A stretch of DNA of 64,000 bases, from positions 11,349,577-11,413,576 of the forward strand of contig NC_057735.1 in NCBI RefSeq assembly GCF_004010195.1. The letters run 5' to 3'. Below, piece after piece: positions 38,336 through 51,260 of this stretch. The stretch comes from Chiloscyllium plagiosum (Eukaryota). Numbering within the stretch: the first letter of the stretch is position 1; every line of letters starts with the position of its first letter. The notes beneath the pieces were generated by a model. That model saw only the letters and a program-made list of their open reading frames with translations. It did not search any database and was not told the DNA's origin. Position numbers and translations under genes: made by a program.

Positions 38336-40627
38336 CTTTTATACCACTCAGCAAATTACCACTTAAATAAAGGAATTACATATAAGATCAGTAAAGTTTA
38401 TTCTGTCAGTTTAAGTTTTAGTTTACTTGTGCAACATGATAGATTCTTTATTGGCTAATTGCCTTGGACAGAATGTAGAGAGAGATGGGTTGGTATTGGT
38501 TAAAGGAATCCTGGCTCCTGCCTGATGGAATTGGTCCAAAGCCTAATGCCTTTTCTGTGACCTCATGTTTTTGGAGCAGGTCATTGATGAGGAGAGAGTC
38601 AGGAGGTTTGACCTCTCTACTGCAGAACACAGCCTGGCGGAGTGGTGGGTGGTTGGATCACTTTAGAAAATCAGGCAAGGTGGTGGTGGGTAAATATTTG
38701 AGACCAGCAAGAGCTATCATTCACTACTTCAACTGAAAAACAACTTTTTCAAATCCCCTTTCTTTCATTACTTTGAGTGGGTTGCATTGTAAGACAACAA
38801 GACATAGGAGCAGAAGTAGACCATTTAGCCCATCGATTCAGCTCCACATTCAGTGAGATTGTGGCTGATCCTCAACTCCACATTCCTGTCCTTTCCCCCA
38901 TAATCATTGATTCTATCACTGATTAAAAAGCTGCACATCTCAGCCTTGAATATACTTAATGATCCAGGCTCTACAGCAAAGAATTCCACAGATTCACAAC
39001 TCTCAGAATAAGGTCCTCCTCATCTCAGAACTAAGTTGGCCACCTCTTACTGAGATTGTGCCTTTTGGTCCTGGAAGGGGGACAGTGCCTCTCCACATCT
39101 ACCTTCAAGTACCCTAAGAACCTTGCATACATTTCAATAAAGTCACCTTTTAGCTTTCTAAACTCCACTGAGTATAACTGTGACCGACTCAGTTTTTCCC
39201 CCCCATAAGGCATCCCTTCTATGCTGGAGATCAACTTAATGCGCTTATCTGGATGACCTCCATTACCAGAATCTTTCAGATTAATCCCTTCAGGAAGAGG
39301 TGGATGCTGGTATAATTACATTGTTTAAAAGACACTTGGATAAGTACGTGAATAGGAAAAGTTGAGGGATATGAGCCAAGAGCAGGCAGATGGGACTAGT
39401 TTAGTTTGGGGATTATGGTTGGACCAAAGGATCTGTTTCCATGCTGTATGACACCATGACTTCATGATTCCTCAAAACCAAGGTAATTGTGTGACAATTG
39501 CATCACCTATTGAAAGTCTACAACTGCATGAGGGCCTTAGTGATGTCAAGTTTCTGGCAGTCTCCTAGACCATGCAGTTCAGACCCTGAAAGAAAATGAA
39601 GACCACCCACTTGTCAATGGGAGTTGAGACACCAGTGTCCTTTTAATCCAGCAGCCATCTTATCTGCTCAAAAGAAATGACAATTAGTCCCATTGAATAA
39701 CTCACATTCACTTTTCAAAACAAAATAGCCACTGAGTTAACTAGTGGGGCAAAGGTGTGTTAATTTTAAAATAATTTTGCTTTTAATTTTCTAAAGGAAA
39801 GAAAGGAGATACTCTGCCTAAATATAACTAAATTAATAAGGCTTTCAAGCTGAACACTGCACAGAAGTAACATGCAGTGAAACTTGCAAATGATGCATGT
39901 GAGTCTGGCTGTTCTTGTGTATCTCGAAACAATGCTCCAGTACAACCATTGTATTCATTTCCAGGTATTAAACAAACTGACCACTTACAAATTCAGCATG
40001 TAACCAGATCATTTCAGCCAGACCAGTCAGAGAATTTCCACCATGCCTATTTAATCACACAAGAGGTCTTGTCAAACCCACCATAGGTCAGATTATAAAA
40101 TGTTGTAAATCAATCTGCTAGGATATATTATGTTACACCTCAGTCACAGGTGAGACTTCCTTTATCCTCAGGTTCTGGGCACCACTTGTTATGGCAAGTG
40201 TTTAATACCTATCCCTAATTGCCCAGAGGGCAGTTAAGAGTTTTCCAGATCCACAGGAATATGGCTTTATAGTGGGCCAGACCAGGTAAGGATGACAGAT
40301 TTTCTTCCCTGAAGGACATTAGTCAACCAAATTATTTTTCCAACAATGGAAATTAGACCCTTAATATCCAGATTCATTATTGAATGAACTTTCACCATCT
40401 GCCACAGAGGGTCCCTGGAACATGAACAGTTTCTAGATTAACAGTCCAGTGATAATACCACTAGGCTATTGGCTCCATATTAACTTGAATACAGATCTTC
40501 AACACAATGATAGGAACATCACCATTGTCCCACAAGATGCTCGAAACCACATACCAAATGGTTGAGACATTACACCAGCAGGTTTTTTTCAAATCTTAAC
40601 ACAGCCCATTTCTTTCTGCCCTGACAG

Positions 40628-40957
40628 GATCATACGGAGTTATGGCACCAAATGAAGTGAACGGAAGGTTAGGAAGCTCCATCACTATCAACTGCCAGTA
40701 CAACATAGCAAGGAACAGAGATTCCGAGAAGTATTGGTGTAAGGGAAAGTGGAGATTTTCATGCACTATGTTGGCGTCCACTCAAAGAATGCAGCAGGAA
40801 AGACCCAGTAGACTGTTTATTATGGACAATCAAACCAATGGGGTATTTTCAGTAACAATGCAGCAATTATCGCTGGAAGATGCAGGATGGTATTGGTGTG
40901 GGATAATAAAGGAGGGCACTGATGAAATGGCTGATGTTAAATTGAATGTTCTCCAAG
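40628..40957 (+). CDS. Gene 2 Ig V domain D1 (CD300/pIgR-like)
   Basis: Acceptor tttctttctgccctgacag and donor CAAG|gtaagc; 330 nt, phase 1-1. GSSITINCQY...EKYWCKGKWRFSC...EDAGWYWCG with the C-x7-C pair. Confidence 0.93.
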
Positions 40958-43900
40958 GTAAGCTGAGTAATTAATAAGAGACCATAGACCATAAGAGACA
41001 GGAGCAGAAGTTAGGCCATTCAGCCCATAGAGACTGCTCTGCCATTCAATCATGGCTAATAAGTTTCTCAAGCCCATTCTCCCACTTTCTCCCTGTAACC
41101 CTTGAACCCTTTGACACTCAAGAACCTATCTACTTCAGTCTTAAAACATGCTCAATGACCTGGTCTCCACAGCCTTCTGTGGCAATGAATTCCATAGCTT
41201 CACCACTCTGGCTGAAGTTTCTCCTTCTCTCCATTCTAAAAGGTCTTCCCTTTGCTCTAAGGCTCCAGCCCATTCATTGACCGTTTATTCACTTCAAGCA
41301 CATTGTAAGAATTCCAATAACTGAACAATTCATTATTTCAGTTATCGGTTTAAACAGAAAAGGTTCTTACATTTGTTCAATTAAAAAAGGTTTAAAACAA
41401 GGATAGAGAATGCTGGAGAAACTCAGCAGGTCTGGTGGCATCTGTGAAGAGAGAAACAGATTCTTCAGAAAGTAAAGGTTCTTTGGACTTCAATTGTATA
41501 TGCAAGCTAAAATCAATACCCCACACATTTGAATGATGGAGTGGAAAAATCAGATTAAAAGAGTGCTACATGATTAAAGAGCAGATACAGTCAGTAATTA
41601 CGCAGAGAAAACCTTCCACAGAACTGAACTTTGAAAGATAAACAGGAAACACTGGTGCAGGAATACTGATGCACAAGAATAACAATGTGCATCAAGTTAG
41701 AGATGAGTTACAGCAGGAAACATTCAGCCCATCACAAGTACACTGGCTCTCTGAATGAGCAGTTTGTGTAATACCATTCCCTTGCAATCTTCCCACACAT
41801 TCTTCCTTTCCAGTTAATAATCCAACTCCTTCCTAAAAACCTCAATTGAACCTGGATCCAATGCACTTTCAGGCATCCCATTCCTGTTCTTTCATGGTGT
41901 ATAAATATTTGTGTCTATCCCCATTGCATTTCTCCCCCCCCCCCCCATTGACCTTAAATCAGTGGCCTGGCATTCTCACCACAAGTGGGACAGATTTTCC
42001 TTTATTTACTCTGGACAGTAATTTTGAACACATCTCTCAAATCTCCTGTCTCCACAGAAAAGTTGAGAGTTTAGCTCTATTTAAGTCCATAACTGAAGTT
42101 CATGCCTGAAGCCATTTATGACTTTCTGCACTCTGGTACTGCATTCACATAACTGTGGAATAAAGCATATTTATGGTTTGGTGTGGGAAGTGGAGTCAAC
42201 TAAGCAATGCAATGTAATGTAATTGATGAAAGCTGTCAGAACTTGTGATGTGAAGTAACATATTCCAGACAGCAGCTGGTATCTGCACAAAGTCCAGAGA
42301 CAAATAGAGGGAAGAATCATATGAAACAGTTTGAGAGAAGTTGGAAATTTGGTCAAATTCTCAAATACAGAGAAAGAACAAAAAAGCAAAAAAACTTTCA
42401 AACATACTCATCTGACTTGGCTTGGACATTGGAGAAAGTAAGAACTGCAGATGCTGGAGATTAGAGTCAGAGTGCAGTGCTGGAAAAGCACAGCAGGTCA
42501 GACAGCATCAGAGGTGCAGGTGAATCGGTGAAGGGCTTGGGTAACGTTGCTGTCTTGTGTGGACAGGGTAATGTAGACAGCCTTCAGTCCCCATGCTGAA
42601 GGTGATATTTCTTGTAAAGGAATAATCAGCTGATAGAGGTTCAATGAGCTGGCAGTTGTTGTGTTGCAAAGTTTTTAAAAGTACAAAATGTAAATAGAAA
42701 GTGATGACTAAGAAAAGCCAAAATGGAAACAGGGAAACAGATGTTAGGGAAGTTACTATGAGTAGGTCACATTTAGCTTCGACCTGCCATTTTGTGATTT
42801 CCACATGGTTCTTCTTTCCTCTCCCACTAATTTACCAGCTGCAGATTTGTGACTTTATTTTGGTTATAAGTGAAGCAAGAGATAGCCAAGATGGTTTAGT
42901 GTTCAAAGCAAGAGTAGTTCTGTAACTGTCCATGAGAAATGGGAACAGGAGTAGACCTTTCAGCCCCTGGAGTCTGTTCTGCCATTCAATAGGATTATGG
43001 CTAATCAGATATTCCTTAATCACTTTCCTATCTTTCTCCTACAACCCTTAATTCCCTCAAACCAAGAAATTCTCAACTTTAAGTGTACAGAAGTGCTCTG
43101 CTCCCACAGCTGTGGAAAGGAGTTTCCCCAATCCTAAGAGATTCCTCCTTATCTCAGGGGGAAGTTGATATCCCCTTATTCTGCAATGATTCATCTGGTC
43201 ATAGACTCATGAGGGGAACATCTCAGCATTTACCCTGTCAAGTCCCTTAAGAATCCTATATATTTCAAGGAAGATTTCATCTCTTTCTAAAAGTAGTGAG
43301 GAGTGTCCCAAGCTGTTTAGCCTTTGCTCATAAGACAGTCCTTCCATACTAGAGGGTCACCCTAGTGAATCCTCAACTTCATTGAATGAATATCTTTCCT
43401 TCAATAAGGGAGGAAAACTGCTCTAGATATGGTCTCACCAGCACCTTGTACAATTGCACTAAGACTTCTCTACTCTTGTATTCCCCATAAATACTGTCTT
43501 CCTCGGTGAATTTTAAAAATTGTCAATTCTAGAAATCTGAAAAACAGGAAAGGCTGAAAATAGTCAGCTTCAGCAGCATCTGCAAAAAAGAAATAGTTAA
43601 CTATTCAGATCTATGGCTTTAGAATTCTGATGGTCAACCTGAAATGAAAAAGGCCATTATCCCATCTCCTTACCTGTACACTGGCTATGGCCAACCAATT
43701 CCCTGAATTGAGATTCAGGATCTGTTTTAGAATTTTTTGGTTGCTTATTCCCTGCTTCCCTCACTATTGGCTAACAGCAGTTTTATGGTGTGCAGATGTA
43801 GAGTGAAAAACAAATCATAGTAAGACCTGCCAGACCCAGGGACAGTGCAGGTAGTAGACCCAAAAATAGTTAATTACCAAAGTCCTTTTTGGCACACAGT

Positions 43901-45979
43901 TCAAATGGAGTCTTCAAAATAGGAGTCCACTCCTGAAGGCAGCAAATGCACACCCCACAGGTGTGCAGTCTCCATGGAGTCCTGGCCCAGCCTTGGAAAA
44001 CCAGGCCCACTCACTGGAATATAGTACATTGTACTGGTGCAGTTAACTCAGGGGTTTGGTCCACTCCTGAAGCAGAAGTCTTCTCCCAAACTCAAGACAG
44101 CAAGTGCTCACCTCCCAGTGCACAGGTGTTCAATCTTTAGAGGCCTGGTCTTAGGCCTCCCCACAGGAACAGCTCCTCTGGTAAAAATGTATGTCTTCCA
44201 CAAGGGCTCAGTCCAAACTGGAAAAGCAGTGAGGATACATACAAAAAGACAGGAGTCCAAGGGCTAAGCCCTACCACAAAATTATCACTACTTTCTCCTT
44301 TGAGAAAAGGATAACAGGCTGTAACCAGCCAGTGAAACAATCCCCTAATGAGAACTGAGTTACACCTGAAACTGTGCATCAGGAGTTTGTCCTCACTAAA
44401 AAGGAATACCAGTTAAACTGGCAAAATAATTCAGCCAGTTCAGGAATCAAGGTTTCTCCCCTCCAAAAAAGACTGACTATAGCACCAGCCAGCACAGAGT
44501 CAGTCTCTGAAACTGAGGGGTCTCTGAATCTCCTGTTTATAATATTTTATTAACCAAGTTACAAAACAATTAAAAACTTACAGCTGTATACAACAGCAGT
44601 TTAAGGGAGAGCAAAGCCAGGCCCTGAACCCTACCACTCAGTTTACAGGGAGACGAGGACAAACCTCAAATCCCAGTTTCACATAAAAGACAATGACGTT
44701 TGTACATGAGAATACTGTTACATACAAAAGTGCTGACAATACAGACCCAGCAAGCCTGTCCCTCCCACTTTGACCACTCAGTCAGCCCACCCTACACCTT
44801 CCAGCTCAGTCCACCCCATGCCCTTTCTAGTTCAGTCCACCCTGACACCTTTTGACCACTAGGACAGCCTGCCCTGGTACCACCCAGTCAGGATGGCCTA
44901 CCCACCTTCTGGCTTCACTAACCACCCTCAGCACCTTTTGACCACCTCTGGGGCAGCCCACCCCAGTACCTGCCTGGGGTGACAGTGCTGAGGATGGCTA
45001 CTCGCCTTCTGGCTCTCGGTCTGCCGTTATGTACCATTGGGCTCTTACCCATGCACAATGCACCTCCGGCCAGTGGGCTATCCTGGCACACCTTCTGGCC
45101 TCTCTAGGACAGCCCATCCCCTTCCCTGGGAAGACAGGGTGCAGGGTAGCCCACAAGCCTTCTGGATCTCAGCCTGCCCCTACGCAACTTCTGGTGCTTG
45201 GCTGCTCCAACACCTTTCAACCACCTCTAGGACAGCCTGTCCTGATTACCCTCAGGTTGATGCACCTAGAATGGCCTACCCACCATCTGGCTCAGGGAGA
45301 CTGGCATCAGGGTGGCCTAGCCCTGGGTAGAGAGGGCAGCCTACCAACCTGCAGGTTCACAGGATGGCCTACCCACCCTCCAGCTCTTGGGGTGACAGCT
45401 TTCATTACGACCCATGAGCCTCCCAGCTCACAGTAAGGCCTGCAAGACCCAGGGACACAAGACAGTGCAGGTGATAGACCCAGGAACCACCACAATACAA
45501 TTAATCCACAAGAACAAACCAGAGTCCTTTCTGGTACACAGTCCAAATTCTTCAAAGTATAGAGTCCATTCCCAGAAATGGAGTCCACTCCAGTTTTGAG
45601 GTGCATTGTCCAAAATGGAGTCCACTTCTGAAGGCAGCAAATGCACACCCCACAGCACAGGTGTTCAGTCTTCATGGAGTCCTGGCCCAGCCTTGGAAAA
45701 CCAGGCCCACTCACAGGAACATAGTACAGGTGCAGTTAACTCAGGGGTTTGGTCCACTCCTGAAGGAAAGGTCTTCAGGAAGCTCTAGGATACAGCAAGT
45801 GCTCACCTCCCAGTACACACAGGTGTTCAATCTTCAGAGGCCCAGTCCCAGGGCTAGGCCACCCCACAGGAACAGCTCCTCTGGGGAAGTGCATGTCTTC
45901 CACAAGGGCTCAGTCCAAACACCAATAAAAAGAAGGCACATACAAAAAACTAGAGTCCAAGGGCTAAGCCCTACCACAA

Positions 45980-46865
45980 AGCTGGGTGGCAGGGTGAAAT
46001 GTGATGAGGATGTTAGGAGATTACAGGGTGACCTGGACAAGTTAAGTGAGTGGGCAGATGCAGTTTAATGTGGATAAATGTATGGTTATCCACTTTGGTA
46101 GCAAGAACAGGAAGGCAGACTACTACCTCAATGGAATCAATTTATGTAAAGGGGCAGTAGAGAGATCTGGGTGTTCTTGTACACCAGTCAATGAAGGCAA
46201 GCATGCAGGTACAGCAGGTAGTGAAAGTGGCTAATAGCATGCTGGCCTTCATAACAAGAGGAATGGAGTATAGAAGCAAAGAGATGCTTCTGCAGCTGTA
46301 CAGGGCCCTGGTGAGACCACACCTGGAGTACTGTGTGCAGTTCTGGTCTCCAAATTTGAGAAAAGACATTCTGGCTATTGAGGGAAAGCGTAGGTTCATG
46401 AGGTCAATTCCTGGAATGGCAGGATTACCTTACACTGAAAGACTGAAGCGACTGGGCTTGTATACCCTTGAGTTTCGAAGATTGAGAGGGGATCTGATTG
46501 AGACGTATAAGATTATGAAAGGATTGGACACTAACAGTAGGAAACATATTTCCACTGACGGGTGAGTGCCGAACCAGAGGGCACAGCTTAAAAATACGGG
46601 GTAGACCATTTAGGACAGAGCTCAGGAGAAACTTCACCTAGAGAGTGGTGGCTGTGTGGAATGCTCTGCCCCAGAGAGCAGTGGAGGCCCACTCTGGATT
46701 CATTTAAGAAGGAGTTGGATAGAGCTCTCAAAGATAGTGGAATCAAGGGTTATGGAGATAAGGCAGGAACAGGATACTGATTAGGAATGATCAGGCATGA
46801 TCATATTGAATGGCGGTGCAGGCTCGAAGGGCTGAATGGCCTACTCCTGCACCTATTGTCTATGT
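45980..46865 (+). mobile_element. CR1 3' fragment inserted in the array, same subfamily as 27060-30186
   Basis: Highly similar to 29282-30186; interrupts cctaccacaaa/aatt, which is contiguous at ~44270-44284. Confidence 0.9.
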
Positions 46866-49326
46866 CAAAATTAACTTGTCCTTTTCTCAAAGGAGAGAAA
46901 AGAGTAACAAAGGCTGTAACCAGCCAGTGAAACCATCACCCCCTAATGAGAACTGAATTACACTTGAAACATTATGTGCATCAGGAGTTTAACAATCAGC
47001 CCTCACTAAAAAGAATGCCAGTTACCTGGCTAATTCAGCCAGTCCAGGAACCAGGTTTTCCCCTCCCTAAAAAGGGAAGCAGAAACTAACAGTAACATAC
47101 TGACTGTAGCCCAGCCAGCATAGAGTCAGTCCCCTAAACTGAGGGGACTCTGAATCTCCTGTTTATAATATTTTATTAAACAAATTAAAAACAGTTAACA
47201 TTTACAGCTGTTTACCACAGCATTTTTACAAGGGAGAGCAGCAGCAAAGCCAGGCCCCAAACCCTACCATTCAACCAGTTTACAGGAATGGAGGACAAAC
47301 CACAAATCCCAGTTTCAAATATAAAGAGACAGCAACAATGACCTTTATACATAAGACAATCCAGTTACATAAGTGCAGACAATACAGACCCAGCAAACCC
47401 CCATCCCTCCCACCTTCTGGCCACTCTTAGACAGCCTACCCCTACATGCCTTCTGGCTCTCGATCCACCCTATGCCCCTTCCAGTTCTCAGCCTGCCCTA
47501 GTACCCACCCAGGGTGGGAGTGGTCAGGATGGCCTACCCACCTTCACTAACCACCCTCAGCACCTTTCAACCACCTCTGGGGCAGCCCACCCCAGTACCT
47601 GCCCAGGGTGACATGCTGAGGACAGCTACCCACCTTCTGGCTCTCGGTCTGTCCCTACATACCATTTGTCTCACCCACCCTGATGCACCACTGGCCTATC
47701 CTGGCACATCTTCCAGCCACCTCTAGGACAGCTCATCCTTCCCTGGGAAAACAACGTGCAAGGTAGCCCAGACGCCTTCTGGATCTCAGCCCACCCCTAC
47801 ACACCACCTGGTGCTTGGCTGCTCTGACATCTTTCGACCACCTCTAGGACAGCCCTTCCCGATTACCCCTTAGAACAGCTTACCCACCATCTGGCTCTTG
47901 GGACAACTGGCATCAGGGTGGCCTACCCACCCTCTGGCTTTCAGGACAGACTACCAACCTTCAGGTTCACAGAATGGCCTACCCACCCTTCAGCTCTCGG
48001 GGTGAGCTTTCAGGATGACCCATGAGCCTCCCAGCTCACAGTAAGGCCTGCCAGACCCAGGGACACAAGACAGTGCAGGTGATAGACCCAGGAACCACCA
48101 CAATACAGTTAATTACCAAAAACAAAGAAAGCCCTTTCTGGTACAAAGTCAAAATATCAAGTCCATTTCCAGGAAGAGTCCACTCCAATATACAATGTGC
48201 ATTGCCAGAAATAGAGTCCATTGCCAAAACAGAGTCCACAACCAAGGGCAGAGTCCACTCCTGAAGGCAGCAAATGCACACCCCACAGGTGTGCAGTCCC
48301 CATGGAGTCCTAGCCCAGCCTTGGAAAGCCAGGCCCACTCTGGAACAGTGCATTATACAGGTGCAGTTAACATACAGGTTTGGTCCACTCCCAAAGGAAA
48401 GGTGTTCTTGCAAACTCCAGGATACAGCAAGTGCCCTCCTCCCAGCACACACAGGTGTTCAATCTTCAGAGGCCCAGTCCCAGGCCTCCCCACAGGAATA
48501 GCTCCTCTGCTAGAGTGTCTTCCACAAGAGCTCAGTCCAAACACCAATAAAAAAGTGAAGACATACAAAAAAAGAAAGCTAGAGTCCAAGGGCTTATTAT
48601 CCTTTTCTCAAAAAGAGTAAAAAGAGAAACATAAAGGCTGTAACCAGCCAGTGAAACAACAATCCCCTAATGAGAATTGAGCTACACCTGAAACACTATG
48701 TGCATCAGGAGTTTAACACTGTCATCCCTAAAAGGAATAAAAAAGTGAAGACATACAAAAAAAGAAAGCTAGAGTCCAAGGGCTTATTATCCTTTTCTCA
48801 AAAAGAGTAAAAAGAGAAACAAAGGCTGTAACCAGCCAGTGAAACAACAATCCCCTAATGAGAATTGAGCTACACCTGAAACACTATGTGCATCAGGAGT
48901 TTAACACTGTCATCCCTAAAAGGAATACCAGTTAACAAACTGGCTAAATAATTCAGCCAGCTCAGGAACCAGATTTCCACCCCAGAAAAAAGGAAGCCAA
49001 AACCAACAGTAACATACTGACTGTAGCCCAACCAACATAGAGTCAGTCCCCAAAACTCTGAATCTCCTGCTTATTTTTTATTTTTTTTTATTTTATTAAA
49101 CAAGTTACAAAACAGTTTACAAAAAACATTGACAGCTGTACACAAAAGACAGCAGTTTTACAAGGGAGGGGAGCAGCAAAGCTAGGCCCCGAACCCTACC
49201 GTTCAACCATTTTACAGGGAGAGGAGGACAAACCTCAAATCCCAGTTCCATGTGTGACAAGACAGTGACAATGACATTTATACATTAGACAATACCGTTA
49301 CATACAAAAGTGCAGACAATACAGAC

Positions 49327-50144
49327 NNNNNNNNNNNNNNNNNNNNNNNNNNNNNNNNNNNNNNNNNNNNNNNNNNNNNNNNNNNNNNNNNNNNNNNNNN
49401 NNNNNNNNNNNNNNNNNNNNNNNNNNNNNNNNNNNNNNNNNNNNNNNNNNNNNNNNNNNNNNNNNNNNNNNNNNNNNNNNNNNNNNNNNNNNNNNNNNNN
49501 NNNNNNNNNNNNNNNNNNNNNNNNNNNNNNNNNNNNNNNNNNNNNNNNNNNNNNNNNNNNNNNNNNNNNNNNNNNNNNNNNNNNNNNNNNNNNNNNNNNN
49601 NNNNNNNNNNNNNNNNNNNNNNNNNNNNNNNNNNNNNNNNNNNNNNNNNNNNNNNNNNNNNNNNNNNNNNNNNNNNNNNNNNNNNNNNNNNNNNNNNNNN
49701 NNNNNNNNNNNNNNNNNNNNNNNNNNNNNNNNNNNNNNNNNNNNNNNNNNNNNNNNNNNNNNNNNNNNNNNNNNNNNNNNNNNNNNNNNNNNNNNNNNNN
49801 NNNNNNNNNNNNNNNNNNNNNNNNNNNNNNNNNNNNNNNNNNNNNNNNNNNNNNNNNNNNNNNNNNNNNNNNNNNNNNNNNNNNNNNNNNNNNNNNNNNN
49901 NNNNNNNNNNNNNNNNNNNNNNNNNNNNNNNNNNNNNNNNNNNNNNNNNNNNNNNNNNNNNNNNNNNNNNNNNNNNNNNNNNNNNNNNNNNNNNNNNNNN
50001 NNNNNNNNNNNNNNNNNNNNNNNNNNNNNNNNNNNNNNNNNNNNNNNNNNNNNNNNNNNNNNNNNNNNNNNNNNNNNNNNNNNNNNNNNNNNNNNNNNNN
50101 NNNNNNNNNNNNNNNNNNNNNNNNNNNNNNNNNNNNNNNNNNNN
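49327..50144. other. Assembly gap (a second gap is at 11108-11239)
   Basis: Runs of N. Confidence 1.
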
Positions 50145-50419
50145 TTCTCAGAAAGAGGAGAGCGTAACACACAGGCTGTAACCAACCAGTGAAACAACAA
50201 CCCCCTAATGAGAACTGAGTTACACCTGAAACACATTATGTGCATCAGGAGTTTAACAAATCAGTCCTCACTAAAAGGAATGCCAGTTAACAAACTGGCT
50301 AAATAATTCAGCCAGTTCAGGAACCAGATTTCCACCCCAGAAAAAAGGAAGCCAAAACCAACAGTAACATACTGACTGTAGCCCAACCAACATAGAGTCA
50401 GTCCCCAAAACTCTGAATC

Positions 50420-50510
50420 TCCTGCTTATATCAGTCACTCAGTGCTCCCTGATTGGCCCAGGTTAACAACCCCAATCAACCCCAATGAGATCCACCTGGT
50501 TCCAATCGCC
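50420..50510 (-). promoter_or_regulatory. CCAAT plus TATA promoter-like (LTR-type) segment at the head of the array, antisense to gene 2
   Basis: Minus strand reads GGGCCAATCAGGGAGCACTGAGTGACTGATATAAGCAGGAG; CCAAT at 50452-50456 and TATAA at 50426-50430. Confidence 0.5.
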
Positions 50511-50526
50511 ATAATAACTAACTTGA

Positions 50527-50632
50527 TACCGCACTTAGGTGGTAGTGTGAGGGTTAAAAAAAAGTAAAAAAGAAAAAAAAAGAAAAAAAATTAAACAGAA
50601 AAAAAAGGGAAAAAAAATAAAATAAAAAATAA
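50527..50632 (+). mobile_element. Extreme 3' end of the Tx1-clade element with long A-rich tail
   Basis: taccgcacttaggtggtagtgtgagggtt matches the terminus at 32192-32225 (reverse complement) and is followed by about 75 nt of A-rich sequence. Confidence 0.75.
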
Positions 50633-51260
50633 ACAGGAGAAAACGGATTAAACAGAGGATTTAAATACAGACAACGGATTAACAAACCTTTCTGCTTTGA
50701 GATGCCATCTTACTGTTGTTTATTGACTGGCTCCTGTATTCCATCAATGTTGTGTTCCAGTCTGCGATGGGATTCAGCTGACACCAGACTTGGGCACAGT
50801 GCCCTCTTGTGTCAGTCTGTCTGTAATTCCAGTGTTCAGTTTGAACATCATACAAGAAAAAAAAAGGAAAAAAAAGAAAGAAAAAAAAATAACTAACTTG
50901 ATATTTGCATATACTGTCATCTGCTGAGCATTTCCAGGATTTTCTATTTTAGGAAAGAAGTGAACTGTTTTGACCAGAAGCAAAATAAATTATTTAATAC
51001 TGTGCATAAGATTTTTGTTTAACTGGTAAAGCCAATAAGAACTTGAACAATCTTGGAAAAAAATAATTTTAATCATTGGTGGAACAAAAGGAATGAATGA
51101 CGGGAATAATTACCTTCAGATAACCAATATGGGAATGATTGGCTATATTATTCACTTCCTGTGCTATAAATTTCCTAGATTCTGCAATACTTGTCACTGT
51201 TTTACTAACATGTATTCTGCTTGATGTTAAGTGGTTATATATTGTTCTTTATTCTTGCAG

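Larger units (their letters stand above)
43818..50430 (-). repeat. Head-to-tail array of a ~1.7-kb non-coding unit (about 3.4 copies)
   Basis: Landmark agtaag(a/g)cctgc recurs at ~43819, ~45432 and ~48040; ctctgaatctcctg(t/c)tta recurs at ~44525, ~47150, ~49060 and ~50412. On the minus strand units end in AATAAA, with an A-rich tail at 49072-49095. Internal ggatggcctacccac sub-repeats. Confidence 0.85.

Noticed and set aside
45029-48620. Protein-coding capacity of the 1.7-kb array (ORFs of 60-155 aa)
   Set aside because: Frames are not conserved between units and show no recognisable domain, apart from the nested CR1.
49285-50245. Long ORFs of 285-315 aa (also those over 11108-11239)
   Set aside because: Artefacts of N runs translated as X.
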